64,000 bases of DNA, from contig JBEKSS010000001.1 in NCBI GenBank assembly GCA_049516875.1, forward strand, positions 320,001 to 384,000. Reading direction: 5' to 3'. Source of the stretch: Candidatus Bathyarchaeia archaeon. GTDB taxonomy: Archaea > Thermoproteota > Bathyarchaeia > Bathyarchaeales > Bathycorpusculaceae. The translations under genes were made by a program, and so were the position numbers. Under the pieces are notes generated by a model, which saw only the letters and a list, made by a program, of their open reading frames with translations, ran no database searches and was not told the DNA's origin. This document shows, in pieces, positions 40,544-50,962 of the stretch. Positions within the stretch are counted from its first letter, which is position 1; each line of letters starts with the position of its first letter.

Positions 40544-41221
40544 ATGAGGACAGAGATTTTTCCTTTTTCTCTTGGGTTCAACGACTGCTACATAATTCGA
40601 GAACAAGGCGTGATAATGATTGACGGTGGACCACCTAATAAGAAAATGGATTTAATCAAAGCGATGAAGGAAATCTCATTGAACCCTGAGAACATCAAGT
40701 TGATTGTCATAACTGATGGGCATCCAGACCACATTGGCTCTGCCAGAGACATCAAAGAACCCACAAAGGCGAAGATTGCAATGCACCGACTGGCAAAGGA
40801 TTGTCTTGAAACTGGAGAATGGAAAAAGATGCATACGCCTGGAGGGTGGATAGGCAGAAAAATGCTCGGTCGAGTTGTCACATGGTTTTATGGCGAGATT
40901 CCATCCGCTGAAGTTGAACTAGTTGTCGAAGATGATGGTCTGTCTTTGAAGGAGTATGGAATTTCTGGAAGAATTGTCTACACTCCTGGGCATACCATGG
41001 GTTCAGTTAGCGTGCTATTGGATTCTGGAGAGGCTTTTGTGGGAGACCTTGCAATGAACAAGCTTCCATTCAGGCTTGGCCCAGGGCTACCCACCGTTGC
41101 TGAAGACAGCGGTAAAGTCAAAGAAAGCTGGAGGAAATTACTGGAACTTGGGGCAACAACAGTCTATCCCGCACACGGAAAACCGTTCTCGGCCGAAGTA
41201 ATCAAGAAGGCTCTGAAGTGA
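40544..41221 (+). CDS. MBL-fold metallo-hydrolase
   Basis: IDGG, TDGHPDHIG, TPGHT, GD, YPAHG. Confidence 0.85.
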   Translation: MRTEIFPFSLGFNDCYIIREQGVIMIDGGPPNKKMDLIKAMKEISLNPENIKLIVITDGHPDHIGSARDIKEPTKAKIAMHRLAKDCLETGEWKKMHTPGGWIGRKMLGRVVTWFYGEIPSAEVELVVEDDGLSLKEYGISGRIVYTPGHTMGSVSVLLDSGEAFVGDLAMNKLPFRLGPGLPTVAEDSGKVKESWRKLLELGATTVYPAHGKPFSAEVIKKALK

Positions 41222-41304
41222 TACATTAAAAGCATAAGCGCGCGCTGCGCATGTCTCGGTAAAATCAAGAACGCGCGAAGGAAGATTGCGTACGAGCGAG
41301 ATTT

Positions 41305-43365
41305 TCAAAGCCTGCGAGGGGAGTGCCAGAAACTCTCCATTTTTTCGCCACATTCAGATGGATTTCGCACGGTTATCATCTCTTTTTGATAGTAGCCTGG
41401 AAGTTGTCGTTTGATGTGAGGCTGGGTGACGCGTTCGTCCAGCATCGCTATGCATCCTCTGTCTTCTGCTGACCTGTGAACGCGCCCGCAAGCCTGAACG
41501 AGTCGCAGTATAGCTGGAGCAAAATATGCGTAGGTTCTCCCTTTCCCCGGAAACTGCTGTTCAAGATAATCGATGAGCGATTCTTCATAGACGTTCCATG
41601 TTGCCAACGGCAATCCCATAGTCACGACGCACTTGAGCACGTTGCCAGGGTAGTCCATTCCTTCACTCAGTTTGGCCCCCATGACTCCATAAAGAATATT
41701 GTTAGACGAGCTTCTCAGCTTCTCAATCACCTCATTTCTTCTCGTGCCCTGCTCCTCCATAATCATCCTTCTATTCGTCTTAATCAGCCTTGCAACTTCA
41801 TGCATCAGCCCGTAGCTCGTGAAGAAAAACGCCAAATTGCCCGGTGTAGCCCGCGAAATGGCTTCAACGTAGCTCTTCCATTTTTCAAGCATCACGTCCG
41901 TTCTCTTCTTAAACTCTGACGACACGTCCTCAGCTGCCAGTATGAGCCTGTTCTCCCTCGGAAAGGGAGAGTCAAACTCTTTCAGACAAACATTGTCCGA
42001 GCTGTAGAGCATCAGATCTCTGTAGACGGTTAGCGGAGACAGAAAACCGCTCATGAGAACTGCTCCTCTTGCTTGTCTCAGAACTGGATCGACGATTTCT
42101 CTTCCGTCGAAGCTTCTGACCTCCAAAGCAACCCGACGATTCCGATCTCTTTCAAGCAGATGCACATGTTTTGACCCAACATTGCTGAAAAAGCTCTCCA
42201 TGAACGTGCCGATTCGATAGTTGTAGCTCGAAATCCTCTCGGAACCAGACTCAAGCCGCTTCTTTTTCACGTATTCCCCATATTCCTGAAGGAGGCCCGC
42301 AACTTCAGGACCCGACGCACCATTGTTAGCCACAAACAAATCGCCGAGTTCTTGAGGGTTAAGCAGCCTCAGATCTTCAGCCTTCAAAATGGATTGCGCA
42401 CGTTGAAAAACCTCTTTTATGAGAACTCGCAGATGCTCCTTGACTGATCCAGACGATTCATGTTCGAAAGTCTCAGTTTCTTTCAAGGCTCTTTCAACCG
42501 TGCCCTCCGTCAACTGGTCGGAAAGCAATTCTCTGGCGAAGGTTGGCAGGTTGTGAGCCTCATCAACGATCAAGAAGACCTTGGAAAGGCCGACTCCGAA
42601 GCTCTTCAGTATCGACTCCCTAATCGCGGGATCGAAGGCGTAGTGGTACGTTCCGAGAAAAACGTTCGCCTTGGGCAGAACCCTCTTCAAGGCTTCGTAG
42701 GCGCAGAATCCTCTTCTGGACATGAACTCGACCGATTCTTCCGGCGCAAGGACTCTTCGCGCACAATCCAGAGCCAAATCTTCCGTCTCTCTTCTCCCTC
42801 TCAGAATGCTCATGTAGAATTTACAATAGGGCTTAGCGGAAGATTCGCAGTTCTCTTTCAGTCTCTTGCACTCTTCGAAAAAGTCAAAATACGACAGATC
42901 GCCCCTTGTCTTCAACGGACACATGTCTTGTTTGCTGAAGAAGGAAACACAGTAAAGATCTCTCGAGAGCGCCCTCAGCTCCTTGAGGTATATGTGCAGC
43001 TGGCTCCTGGTTCGGAAACAAATCATCAGCCTGTTTTCCCCGAGCTCAGGCAAAATCGCAAGCAGCGACGCAAGGGATTTGCCGATTCCACAAGGAGCGC
43101 TCCCAACAAAAATCTCCCTGCTCTTAACAGCTTTTGCGGCCTCCTGAACGAACTCCATCTGACCCCTTCGCATCTCATAGTTTTCAGGCAGCACGCCGCT
43201 CTTCGGAACCTTGGACTTCAGACTGTAGCCGCTTCTTCTGAGAAGCCCCGAAGCCTTACTCTTGGGCATCAAGAATGTCCCACAGTCGCTACAAAAACGA
43301 TTGTTCTTGTACTCTTCCGAAGAGTATATCTTACCACAGGTGCGGCAGACGTAAGACAGAGGCAA
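41305..43365 (-). CDS. XPD/Rad3-family Fe-S DNA helicase with N-terminal Zn ribbon
   Basis: APCGIGKS, four Fe-S Cys, DEAH, SEGMDY, QACGRVHR. Confidence 0.88.
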   Translation of the reverse strand: MPLSYVCRTCGKIYSSEEYKNNRFCSDCGTFLMPKSKASGLLRRSGYSLKSKVPKSGVLPENYEMRRGQMEFVQEAAKAVKSREIFVGSAPCGIGKSLASLLAILPELGENRLMICFRTRSQLHIYLKELRALSRDLYCVSFFSKQDMCPLKTRGDLSYFDFFEECKRLKENCESSAKPYCKFYMSILRGRRETEDLALDCARRVLAPEESVEFMSRRGFCAYEALKRVLPKANVFLGTYHYAFDPAIRESILKSFGVGLSKVFLIVDEAHNLPTFARELLSDQLTEGTVERALKETETFEHESSGSVKEHLRVLIKEVFQRAQSILKAEDLRLLNPQELGDLFVANNGASGPEVAGLLQEYGEYVKKKRLESGSERISSYNYRIGTFMESFFSNVGSKHVHLLERDRNRRVALEVRSFDGREIVDPVLRQARGAVLMSGFLSPLTVYRDLMLYSSDNVCLKEFDSPFPRENRLILAAEDVSSEFKKRTDVMLEKWKSYVEAISRATPGNLAFFFTSYGLMHEVARLIKTNRRMIMEEQGTRRNEVIEKLRSSSNNILYGVMGAKLSEGMDYPGNVLKCVVTMGLPLATWNVYEESLIDYLEQQFPGKGRTYAYFAPAILRLVQACGRVHRSAEDRGCIAMLDERVTQPHIKRQLPGYYQKEMITVRNPSECGEKMESFWHSPRRL

Positions 43366-43565
43366 CTATTTCACGATAACATATGCTTAGAGCTGTCAAC
43401 TTATACTTTGTTGGCATAGCGTGCTAGGTTGTCGCGCGCGCTTTCTTGGAGTTTTGTCCAAGTCGCCAAAAGAGATATTGAGCAAATACATTAGGGCTTA
43501 TCTTGAGTGAGTGAAATTCTGCAACAAGTTTTATCTTTCGTGGTTGGTTTGTTTAATGGGGCGTT

Positions 43566-43943
43566 ATGATGCCTTCATGGACTTGTCCGAACCCAAAATG
43601 CACGTATGACAAGAAGCTCGAGCCTGGACAGCATTGCCCACTATGCGGCGAAGAAGCAAAAGGGTTCAATTTCACCGAGTTTGGCGACATATTGAAAGAG
43701 AAGTGGAGCCTCAAAAAGTCGATAGCTAGATCCAAAGAACAAGAAGAAATCTTGGCGAGAATGAAGTTCTGCCCAAAATGCGGTTCAACAAACATCAATT
43801 TCCTCATCTTCTACCGCCCCTCCATCTGGAAATGCCTTGACTGCGGCTATCAAGGCGCCCTGATAGTAGAAGACGGCAAGGTTGCAGAAAAAATACGAAA
43901 ACGCTACCAGAAGCAACAAAGGAAAACAAAACTAGAATCCTAA
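43566..43943 (+). CDS. Hypothetical double Zn-ribbon protein
   Basis: CPNPKC..CPLCG and CPKCG..CLDCG. Confidence 0.65.
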   Translation: MMPSWTCPNPKCTYDKKLEPGQHCPLCGEEAKGFNFTEFGDILKEKWSLKKSIARSKEQEEILARMKFCPKCGSTNINFLIFYRPSIWKCLDCGYQGALIVEDGKVAEKIRKRYQKQQRKTKLES

Positions 43944-44080
43944 TTCCTGTATGCACGAGCGCACGCCAACATGATTGATTGGGCAATCATTCCACGGAGC
44001 CGAAGCGTAGACGGACAAGAGCGCAAAATGGTGCGTTACACAAAAGTTTATAGACGCTTTCTGCTTCTGCTGAAGGGAAT

Positions 44081-45001
44081 ATGACTGCCCAGATTACAGA
44101 ATTCGCCAAGAAGCATTTGCCCGCCATCGTCAGTTTGTTGAATGATGAGTACAGAGATCACGATGAGTTCATTCCATTCGACGAAGGCAGAGTTCAGTCC
44201 GAAATCCGTAGTCGCCGTCTCAGGCTTCTTGTTGCAGAAGAGAACGGCAAGGTGCTAGGCCTCATCGGAACCCACTCTCACGAGAACTCGGAAGAACACG
44301 TTACTTGGCTTGCCGCGAGCAAAGGACAAAATCAGAAGGCCATTGAAAACATGCTCGTAAACGCCGCGGAAAAGAATGGCAAAGCCAGTGCTGTTCTGAT
44401 AATGATTGATGAAGGAAGCCCAAAAATAGCCGATTGGACCAAACGAGGCTACATATTGCAACCAGGCTTTCAGCGAATGTCCGCAAAACTCGACGGCCTA
44501 AGACCAATCCCAAAGGTTGACGAAGACACCAAACTTCGAAGCTTGAGAGCCGATGGGGAAGAACAGTTCGTTGAAGCTGTGAACAGAGGATTCGGATGGG
44601 AAAGGCTACAACGCGGAGACCTTGAAGTCTGGAAAGTCGAAGACCCACCGTTCACTGAGGAGTGGGTGCAGATCGCCGAGGTCAAAGGGAGGATCGTGTC
44701 GACTGTCGTGGCAAAGCCAGACACGGACGCAATGAAATATCTGCATCTCAACAGAGGTTATCTAGGTCCAGCAGCGACTCTGCCCGAATTTCGGAACAAA
44801 CACCTCGCCTCAGCCCTCACGGCTCGAGCGATGAATTTCCTATACAAAAAAGGAATGGACTCTGTGATATTGGGAACGTCGGAACAAAACGTCTCCTCGA
44901 TCGCTCTGCTGCGAAGTCTAGGCTTTCAGGTAGAAAATGTCAGGAAGATTCTGCGCAAAGAACCGGAAAAAACACGCCCGCCTACCGCACGCAGTCCTTG
45001 A
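44081..45001 (+). CDS. Tandem GNAT N-acetyltransferase
   Basis: LPEFRNKHLA acetyl-CoA motif, N..SIALLRSLGF. Confidence 0.8.
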   Translation: MTAQITEFAKKHLPAIVSLLNDEYRDHDEFIPFDEGRVQSEIRSRRLRLLVAEENGKVLGLIGTHSHENSEEHVTWLAASKGQNQKAIENMLVNAAEKNGKASAVLIMIDEGSPKIADWTKRGYILQPGFQRMSAKLDGLRPIPKVDEDTKLRSLRADGEEQFVEAVNRGFGWERLQRGDLEVWKVEDPPFTEEWVQIAEVKGRIVSTVVAKPDTDAMKYLHLNRGYLGPAATLPEFRNKHLASALTARAMNFLYKKGMDSVILGTSEQNVSSIALLRSLGFQVENVRKILRKEPEKTRPPTARSP

Positions 45002-45151
45002 TGCGAGAGCATAAGGAACAGTCTAGCTTCACTTTAACTCTGGTCTCTCCAACTTCTAAGAATGTCGTATTGACAAACTCCTTTTAACCTTCAAAACTCG
45101 CGTTTTCATTTAGATGACGCCTTCGCCAACAAAACAAGGAAGTTACAAAAC

Positions 45152-45373
45152 ATGAGGGATAGGCCACTCATAAACTATATCGTGGAAAACGGCAAGTTCA
45201 AAGATGACATGTTTGTGAACGTGACAATATGCAACATTCCTGAAAGCCTAGTCAGAGAGTTCTTGCGAACAGTCGTCAACCCCTCCTACCCTGGTGGAAT
45301 TAGTCAAGCAATTCAAGACTTAATGAAAAAAGAAACCCAAAAACAAAAGAAACTAGACACAGTGCTAGAATAG
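45152..45373 (+). CDS. Small hypothetical protein (RHH-like)
   Basis: VTICNIPESL...GGISQAIQDLM beta-alpha-alpha pattern. Confidence 0.45.
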   Translation: MRDRPLINYIVENGKFKDDMFVNVTICNIPESLVREFLRTVVNPSYPGGISQAIQDLMKKETQKQKKLDTVLE

Positions 45374-45440
45374 GCTTTTTGAAAACGCACGCTTTACAAG
45401 CTCGAAGATTGGTGGACTAATGCAATCGTTTTTTTGATCA

Positions 45441-46133
45441 CTAAACTTCCCTCCACCGTGCCTTGCTCTTCGCTATCATGAAGAGTGCGACTGCTACAGC
45501 CATTAGGACACCCCAATCGAGAACAATCGTCGCAAGCGGTAACGGCAGATACCCTCCAGCATTCTGAGCTAACTCTGCTGCATACGTAGTCGGAGAGAGA
45601 TAGGCCAAATATCTGTACGGAAGCGGAATGTAAGTAATCGGGTAGTAAACAGGCGGTATCGTCGAGAAAAGCGTCGAAATAAGCCTTGAAAACGCGAAGC
45701 TCTGAACTATGTCGCTGGAAAATGTTGAAAGCGTGTAGCCAATCGCCATTGAAGCAAGGAACATCAACAGAAGCACCCCGATCAACTCTAGAACTCCAAC
45801 AACGCTCAGGACCATAAAGTAGCTCGCGAGCAGAACGAGTACAATCAACGCGGGGATAGAGTAAACAATCTCCGAGATGGCGATTCCAACCATGTAGGTC
45901 AGCCAAGTGGTTGGAGAACTGACCACCATATCTTGAAGCTTGAAATCATTCTTCAGGTGTGAGAGATCCGCCTGGAGCGACATGCCGCTCGAGAACATAC
46001 TCATTATGAACGCGCCCTCAACGGCCTCTCCTATCAGGCTGCCGCGGCTTACGAACACTATTAGAACTAGGAAAGAGAGAGGGGAAAGAACAGTGTTGAT
46101 GAGGACAATCGGATAGTTCCTCATTTCATACAA
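45441..46133 (-). CDS. ABC-2 type permease
   Basis: Hydrophobic, PVYYPI...SPTTY; downstream of the ATPase. Confidence 0.8.
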   Translation of the reverse strand: MYEMRNYPIVLINTVLSPLSFLVLIVFVSRGSLIGEAVEGAFIMSMFSSGMSLQADLSHLKNDFKLQDMVVSSPTTWLTYMVGIAISEIVYSIPALIVLVLLASYFMVLSVVGVLELIGVLLLMFLASMAIGYTLSTFSSDIVQSFAFSRLISTLFSTIPPVYYPITYIPLPYRYLAYLSPTTYAAELAQNAGGYLPLPLATIVLDWGVLMAVAVALFMIAKSKARWREV

Positions 46134-46170
46134 GGAATTGACGAGTATCGCAGCCAGAATCTGGCTGAAT

Positions 46171-47145
46171 TTACTCCTCTTCTGCGTCGAGCTCTTCTTG
46201 AACGCCGACTGCTTTGCCTCCTTCTCGATTCACAAGATAGAAGAATATGTCGTCAAGCGATATCGGATTGATGGTAAACTTGAATCCGCCTTTGGAGAGT
46301 TCTCTTGAAATCCTGAACGCCTCTTCTTCTGCTGTGAGGATTCTGACGTAGCCATCCCTTCCCGTTACTATTTCGCCCTTCGAAAGCGCAAGAAAATCAG
46401 GCGCCGGTTTTGAGAGCAGCTTCATGCTGTAGTTGTAATTCACGCTTTGCCTCAAATCCTCGAGTGTTCCGATGCGGATCAGTTTGCCATGATCCAATAT
46501 GCCAATCTCATCAGCCAGCTGTTCCGCCTCTTCGAGATAATGTGTCGTAAGAAATGTGAACCGGTCCTTCCCAATTTCTTTGAGAATTTCCCAGAATTCT
46601 CTTCTTGAGATCGGGTCAAGTCCCGTCGTCGGCTCGTCCAAGAAAATTATTTCGGCTTCTGAGGAGAGGACCGTGGCAACCAAAACCTTTCTTTTCATTC
46701 CCCCAGAGAGCATGCGATTCAGAGTATTGGAGTATTCGCCGAGTCCGAGCCTTTCAAGCGACTCGGAGGCCCTCTGTTTTGCCTCAGCGTAGTCGAGTCC
46801 TCGCCAAAGAAGATATGACAGTACTGTTTGCATCGGTGTCATCCAAGGTATTGGTCTCGCTTCCTGGGGGACTATGGCAATTTTTTCTCTGAGCCTACGC
46901 GGTTCCTTTACGACATCTATGCCGTTTATGGTGGCCCTTCCAGATGTTGGTTCAAGCTCGGTTGCAAGAATACGAACGAGAGTGGTCTTTCCAGAACCGT
47001 TCCGGCCTATCAGCACAAAAATACCACGACACGGAATAGAGAAGCTCAGGGAGTCAAGCGCCTTAGTCTTGCTCTTGCCGTAGACCTTGACCAGATGATC
47101 ACACGTAATTAACTGAGAACTCTCTTCTGTTCTCCCATCCAACAT
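46171..47145 (-). CDS. ABC exporter ATP-binding subunit
   Basis: GRNGSGKT, LSGG, LDEPTTGLD, TTHYLEEA. Confidence 0.9.
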   Translation of the reverse strand: MLDGRTEESSQLITCDHLVKVYGKSKTKALDSLSFSIPCRGIFVLIGRNGSGKTTLVRILATELEPTSGRATINGIDVVKEPRRLREKIAIVPQEARPIPWMTPMQTVLSYLLWRGLDYAEAKQRASESLERLGLGEYSNTLNRMLSGGMKRKVLVATVLSSEAEIIFLDEPTTGLDPISRREFWEILKEIGKDRFTFLTTHYLEEAEQLADEIGILDHGKLIRIGTLEDLRQSVNYNYSMKLLSKPAPDFLALSKGEIVTGRDGYVRILTAEEEAFRISRELSKGGFKFTINPISLDDIFFYLVNREGGKAVGVQEELDAEEE

Positions 47146-47308
47146 GACTGTTGAATTTTTAGGCGCGCTGTTAACTCTTTCGGTTGACGAAACACAAGAC
47201 ATATGCTTCGTCTATCGACAAACGCGCTAAACACCGAATTCATGAACAGGCATAAGAGCTAAGCCATGTGGACTTCCCACGGTCTTTTGCGTGTCTGGGG
47301 AGTAATGA

Positions 47309-47869
47309 TTATTCGTAGAATATCAGTTGCTGTTCCTCGAGTATCCTGTGAAGCTTGTGCACGGCGTCATAGACGTCCTGTTCTCTTTTGGCTCCGGTGC
47401 AAACAAGGTTTCCGCTCGCAAACACCAGTATGACCACTTTGGGCTCGTCCATCCTGTAAATCAAGCCTGGAAACTGCTCCGGTTCATACATCGTTTTTCC
47501 AAGCTTGCTCACTGCCAGTTCCAAATCTATCTTTCCGCCTAAGCTTGCGGAAGCAACGATGTTCACAACCCTCAAGTCTGGCTTGCTGATGATGATTATT
47601 CCGCCCTTCTTCAGCTCCTTAACAACCGTCAAAACAGCCCTGCGCGCTTCCTTCTCCGATTTCGCTCCCGTGCAAACCATTTTACCAGAGCTAAAAATCA
47701 ACGTAGCCGTCTTCGGCCTCTTAAGCCTAAACACCAAGCCCGGAAACTGCTCCGGCCGATACTCCACCCCCGGATAACCCTTCACGATAGCGTTCAAGTC
47801 AACTCTCTGATTCAAAGTAGCAGACGCAACCACATTCTGAATATTGACGATAGCCTTGCTCTTCGACAT
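47309..47869 (-). CDS. tbp: TATA-box-binding protein
   Basis: Two repeats NVVAS...PEQFPGL...LIFSSGKMVCTGAK. Confidence 0.97.
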   Translation of the reverse strand: MSKSKAIVNIQNVVASATLNQRVDLNAIVKGYPGVEYRPEQFPGLVFRLKRPKTATLIFSSGKMVCTGAKSEKEARRAVLTVVKELKKGGIIIISKPDLRVVNIVASASLGGKIDLELAVSKLGKTMYEPEQFPGLIYRMDEPKVVILVFASGNLVCTGAKREQDVYDAVHKLHRILEEQQLIFYE

Positions 47870-48130
47870 TAAACACAACTTCTTACAGTGAAGTGTGCAA
47901 ACACCTATTATAAACCCTTAGATCCAAGAGGTGCAGACTCCTCCCGGGAAACCATAGTATAAAGTGCCCGCCATGTTGAAAAACATCAAGAAAACTACAA
48001 AAAAATTTGCATAAATCAATTTCGTGTTCTACTGAAATTCTAGCAAGATACCCGAAAGCCGAACTTCACCGTACGAGCGAAACCCACCAGGGAGTAGACC
48101 TCGCGTGGTCCACACTCTGTTTCGCAAGCC

Positions 48131-48418
48131 CTACTCTTTTGTAAGAGCTATTTCCAACGTTGAAACATTCCGCGCCCTGTTTTCTCCTTCTCTCGGTGGC
48201 ATTTCCTCTGTTCCTATGGAGATTCTGCTTACTTTTAGGTCTTTTAGGAAGCGTCTTCTGGTTATTTCAGCTACGTCAACAGCTGTGGCAATTGCTCGGC
48301 CTCGCGCTTTCAAGATTACCTCCTTAGCATCGCCCGCGGACAGTCTTGTGATAACTGCCAGAACATAGTCCATCGGTGTTTTGCTTCCAACGAAAACGAT
48401 TCCTGATTTTTCCGACAT
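48131..48418 (-). CDS. albA: Chromatin protein Alba
   Basis: [30 protein letters not shown]. Confidence 0.95.
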   Translation of the reverse strand: MSEKSGIVFVGSKTPMDYVLAVITRLSAGDAKEVILKARGRAIATAVDVAEITRRRFLKDLKVSRISIGTEEMPPREGENRARNVSTLEIALTKE

Positions 48419-48531
48419 TTTTCATCACTCTTTTCATCATTTATTGTGTGTGTAACGTTGCCGTGTTTCTTCTCGTCCTTCAACAACAGAACGCTACTGT
48501 CCTATACTACGCATACTTCCTTATAAAGCGA

Positions 48532-49089
48532 TCAAGTAACAGAACGCACTTCTTTCTTAGACTTCTCGAATGCTTTTTCTCTCCACTTCCTTTTCCAGCT
48601 TTTCCATCCTGTCTTCACGAGTTTTTCTCTCAGTTCAGGTCTTTCCCCAACCCATTCCAGAAGTGTCCAGAAGCGCCTCTCATCTTCCAGCGTTTCCGCT
48701 GGCACTCCTACTTCAACACACCATCTTATGTAGCCTCTTTCAACCATCTCTTGGAGTTCGCCTGTGATTTCCACTTCTTCGACCTTGAATCCCCGGTCTC
48801 GCAAGCGTCCACGTACGCTGGAAAGAACGTATCCAGAGCAGACCTTAAAGCGGGTTTCCAAATCAGGCCGCATAACCTCAACGATCTCATCAGCAATCTT
48901 CACTGCGTCATCCAGATACTTTTTATTCTCGAAGTTCGGCGGCTGGAAGGACGAGACAGGGATCCTGCGTTCCATGTACCGACGGTCTGGAGGCTTGAGG
49001 GCACCGATTACTACGCCCAAGATAAGGTCTCCCCATCCAGCATCATCTATCAAGATATCCTTTCTGGACATAAACCGATTCAACCCCAT
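48532..49089 (-). CDS. Hypothetical protein (possible RNase H-like fold)
   Basis: ILIDDAGWGDLILGVVIG resembles an RNase HII-type N-terminal strand. Confidence 0.55.
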   Translation of the reverse strand: MGLNRFMSRKDILIDDAGWGDLILGVVIGALKPPDRRYMERRIPVSSFQPPNFENKKYLDDAVKIADEIVEVMRPDLETRFKVCSGYVLSSVRGRLRDRGFKVEEVEITGELQEMVERGYIRWCVEVGVPAETLEDERRFWTLLEWVGERPELREKLVKTGWKSWKRKWREKAFEKSKKEVRSVT

Positions 49090-49319
49090 AACCCAACCAC
49101 CGAAGATCCTTGACAAACCTACTCTTACAAGCTGTTTGATGCAAACTATAGTGCTTTTTACACTTCCCACATATCTAATTGCAAACTTTCTGATATAGAA
49201 TTTATCTCACTTTGTCCAGCGTATGTCCGCACTAGTGCGCAGTAACCGGAGTCAAGCAACACGCGCGAGCAGACAAAGATTTAATTCCCTATTCTGACTA
49301 TTTGAGTGTGGTGATTGCG

Positions 49320-49412
49320 TTGGGCATGGGAAGCGCTAAGAAGAAACCAATGACTAAAAAGGAAAGAGAGGAGAAAAGAAGAAAGCACAAGGAGAAACAA
49401 TTGAAGAAGTAG
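49320..49412 (+). CDS. 30-aa highly basic small protein
   Basis: Manual translation MGMGSAKKKPMTKKEREEKRRKHKEKQLKK*; SD-like GGTGA just upstream. Confidence 0.5.
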   Translation: MGMGSAKKKPMTKKEREEKRRKHKEKQLKK

Positions 49413-49421
49413 TCTCAATTG

Positions 49422-49456
49422 TAGCGTGCTTGCGTGTTCCTAAAATGGTTAAAAAT
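49422..49456 (+). mobile_element. Orphan copy of the MITE-like terminal repeat
   Basis: TAGCGTGCTTGCGTGTTCCTAAAATGGTTAAAAAT, 32/35 identical to 458-492. Confidence 0.7.
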
Positions 49457-49579
49457 GTTTTTTTCTTTTTTAGAAGTTTGGGTATGCGAAAACACAACTT
49501 CTTGTAGGATCTGCCGGAGCTCCCATGATTTGGCGCGCGTTAAAGAGAGTTTGCAATGAACTTGACTTTTGGCGTTGCA

Positions 49580-50434
49580 TCAGACATCAAAAGTCAGTTC
49601 TGAGCCTACAAAGCAATCGTGAACTACTTGTGGTCCGAATCTGGCTCTCAGTTGCTCGATTGCGTCGTCTCCCGTGCAGTGATTTAGATACAGCGTGGGA
49701 GTCCCGTAGTCTTTCTCCAAAACGTCGGCGACGTGATCCACATCTTCCTTTGAATATTCCAACATGTGGGTGCCTCCGACTATTGCCTCAATTTTCCTCC
49801 CAAAGAGCTTAGTAGCTTTTGCACACGTATTCAGTAATCCAGCGTGGCAACAGCCGGTTATTAAGACCAGCCCAGTCTTTGCTTGCAGAATTAGTGATAG
49901 GTCATCGATTACGTCGTCGTGCTCGCGCCGCCCATTCACTTGGTGAAACACATTTTTGGCGATACCAGGCTTTTGCGGTCGTTCGGCGATTGGGATTTCA
50001 CCGGTGGTGTAGAGGTTAGGCAGGACTTCTGTTGGTTCCCTTGCCGGCTGAAAAGCCATTCTCTCAGCGAGTTTCGGAGGCAGCCTGGGCAATTCCCCTC
50101 GGAAGTAGAATAGCCATATCTTAACGAATTTGGGTTCTGATACAGCAGGGTGTGCAATGACCGGAAGCGGTGTCTTCACGGTTCTAGCTTCGAGCAGTCC
50201 TGGCAATCCTCCTGTGTGGTCGCGGTGACCGTGTGAAAGCACTAGTTTGTCTACCTCGTCAACGCTTATCCCGAGTGCTCGGATGTTATTCATGAGTATC
50301 TTGCCTTTGTATCCAGCATCAAAGAGCACTTTTTTCTCGCAGAAAGTTATGTGAAAGCAGTCACCCCACCCGCCCTTCAAACCCTTGTCAGGCAAAACTC
50401 TGTCGTTGTAGACATTCACTATTTTGGCATTCAC
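49580..50434 (-). CDS. MBL-fold hydrolase (COG1237-like)
   Basis: LFDAG, SHGHRDHTGG, TGCCHAG, GGTH, NHCTG. Confidence 0.85.
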   Translation of the reverse strand: MNAKIVNVYNDRVLPDKGLKGGWGDCFHITFCEKKVLFDAGYKGKILMNNIRALGISVDEVDKLVLSHGHRDHTGGLPGLLEARTVKTPLPVIAHPAVSEPKFVKIWLFYFRGELPRLPPKLAERMAFQPAREPTEVLPNLYTTGEIPIAERPQKPGIAKNVFHQVNGRREHDDVIDDLSLILQAKTGLVLITGCCHAGLLNTCAKATKLFGRKIEAIVGGTHMLEYSKEDVDHVADVLEKDYGTPTLYLNHCTGDDAIEQLRARFGPQVVHDCFVGSELTFDV

Positions 50435-50648
50435 AACCTTCCCTCCTCAAAAATACTGACCAAGTTTCGTAATATGAAATGGGTTTAAATTTGATCCCGC
50501 CTCTTTTCAATTTCGAAGAACATGGCATGCCCCCGTGCGGGCAACGTAATCATTCACCTCTGGTATCTGTGAGGCATTTGAGGTATATTATATGTGCTGT
50601 AGCGCGCGGTTGGATGAATGCTAGAGGCTGTTGACCGGGGAGCAACGG

Positions 50649-50962
50649 TCAGTCTTTTCCGGAAACGAAGATCAATCCCTCTGCCTTGGGTTTTCTAGGC
50701 GGCTTGATCTTCCAATCGGGGTAGCACTTGATCTCCTTGAAGCCAGTCACCTGAAGATAGTGAAGATGTTCCAGTAGGTGAAGAGTCGCCTGCGTTCGCG
50801 GTCCCGAAAGACATGTGTGCCATCGGAAGCCTCGATCACGCTCGTTTCCTGCCACCAAGCCACACCATGAACTGGGTCAAAGTCTTGAACTCGATCTACA
50901 TTCGTGTATCGCATGCCGGGAGCATGTTTCCTGAACATGATATCCTTGATGGATTAACTTGA
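50649..50962 (-). pseudogene. Probable class I SAM methyltransferase C-terminal remnant, frameshifted
   Basis: RRRLFT.../GFKEIKCYPDW...LIFVS; begins at GCGCGCGC 50963-50970. Confidence 0.45.

Noticed and set aside
42460-43419. 319-aa plus-strand ORF (likewise 4864-5475, 17209-17922, 48376-49113, 58127-58990, 59089-59772)
   Set aside because: Antisense to better-supported genes; no motifs.
48045-48120. Possible structured ncRNA between alba and tbp
   Set aside because: Only short hairpins; no tRNA, SRP, C/D or H/ACA signature that I can support.
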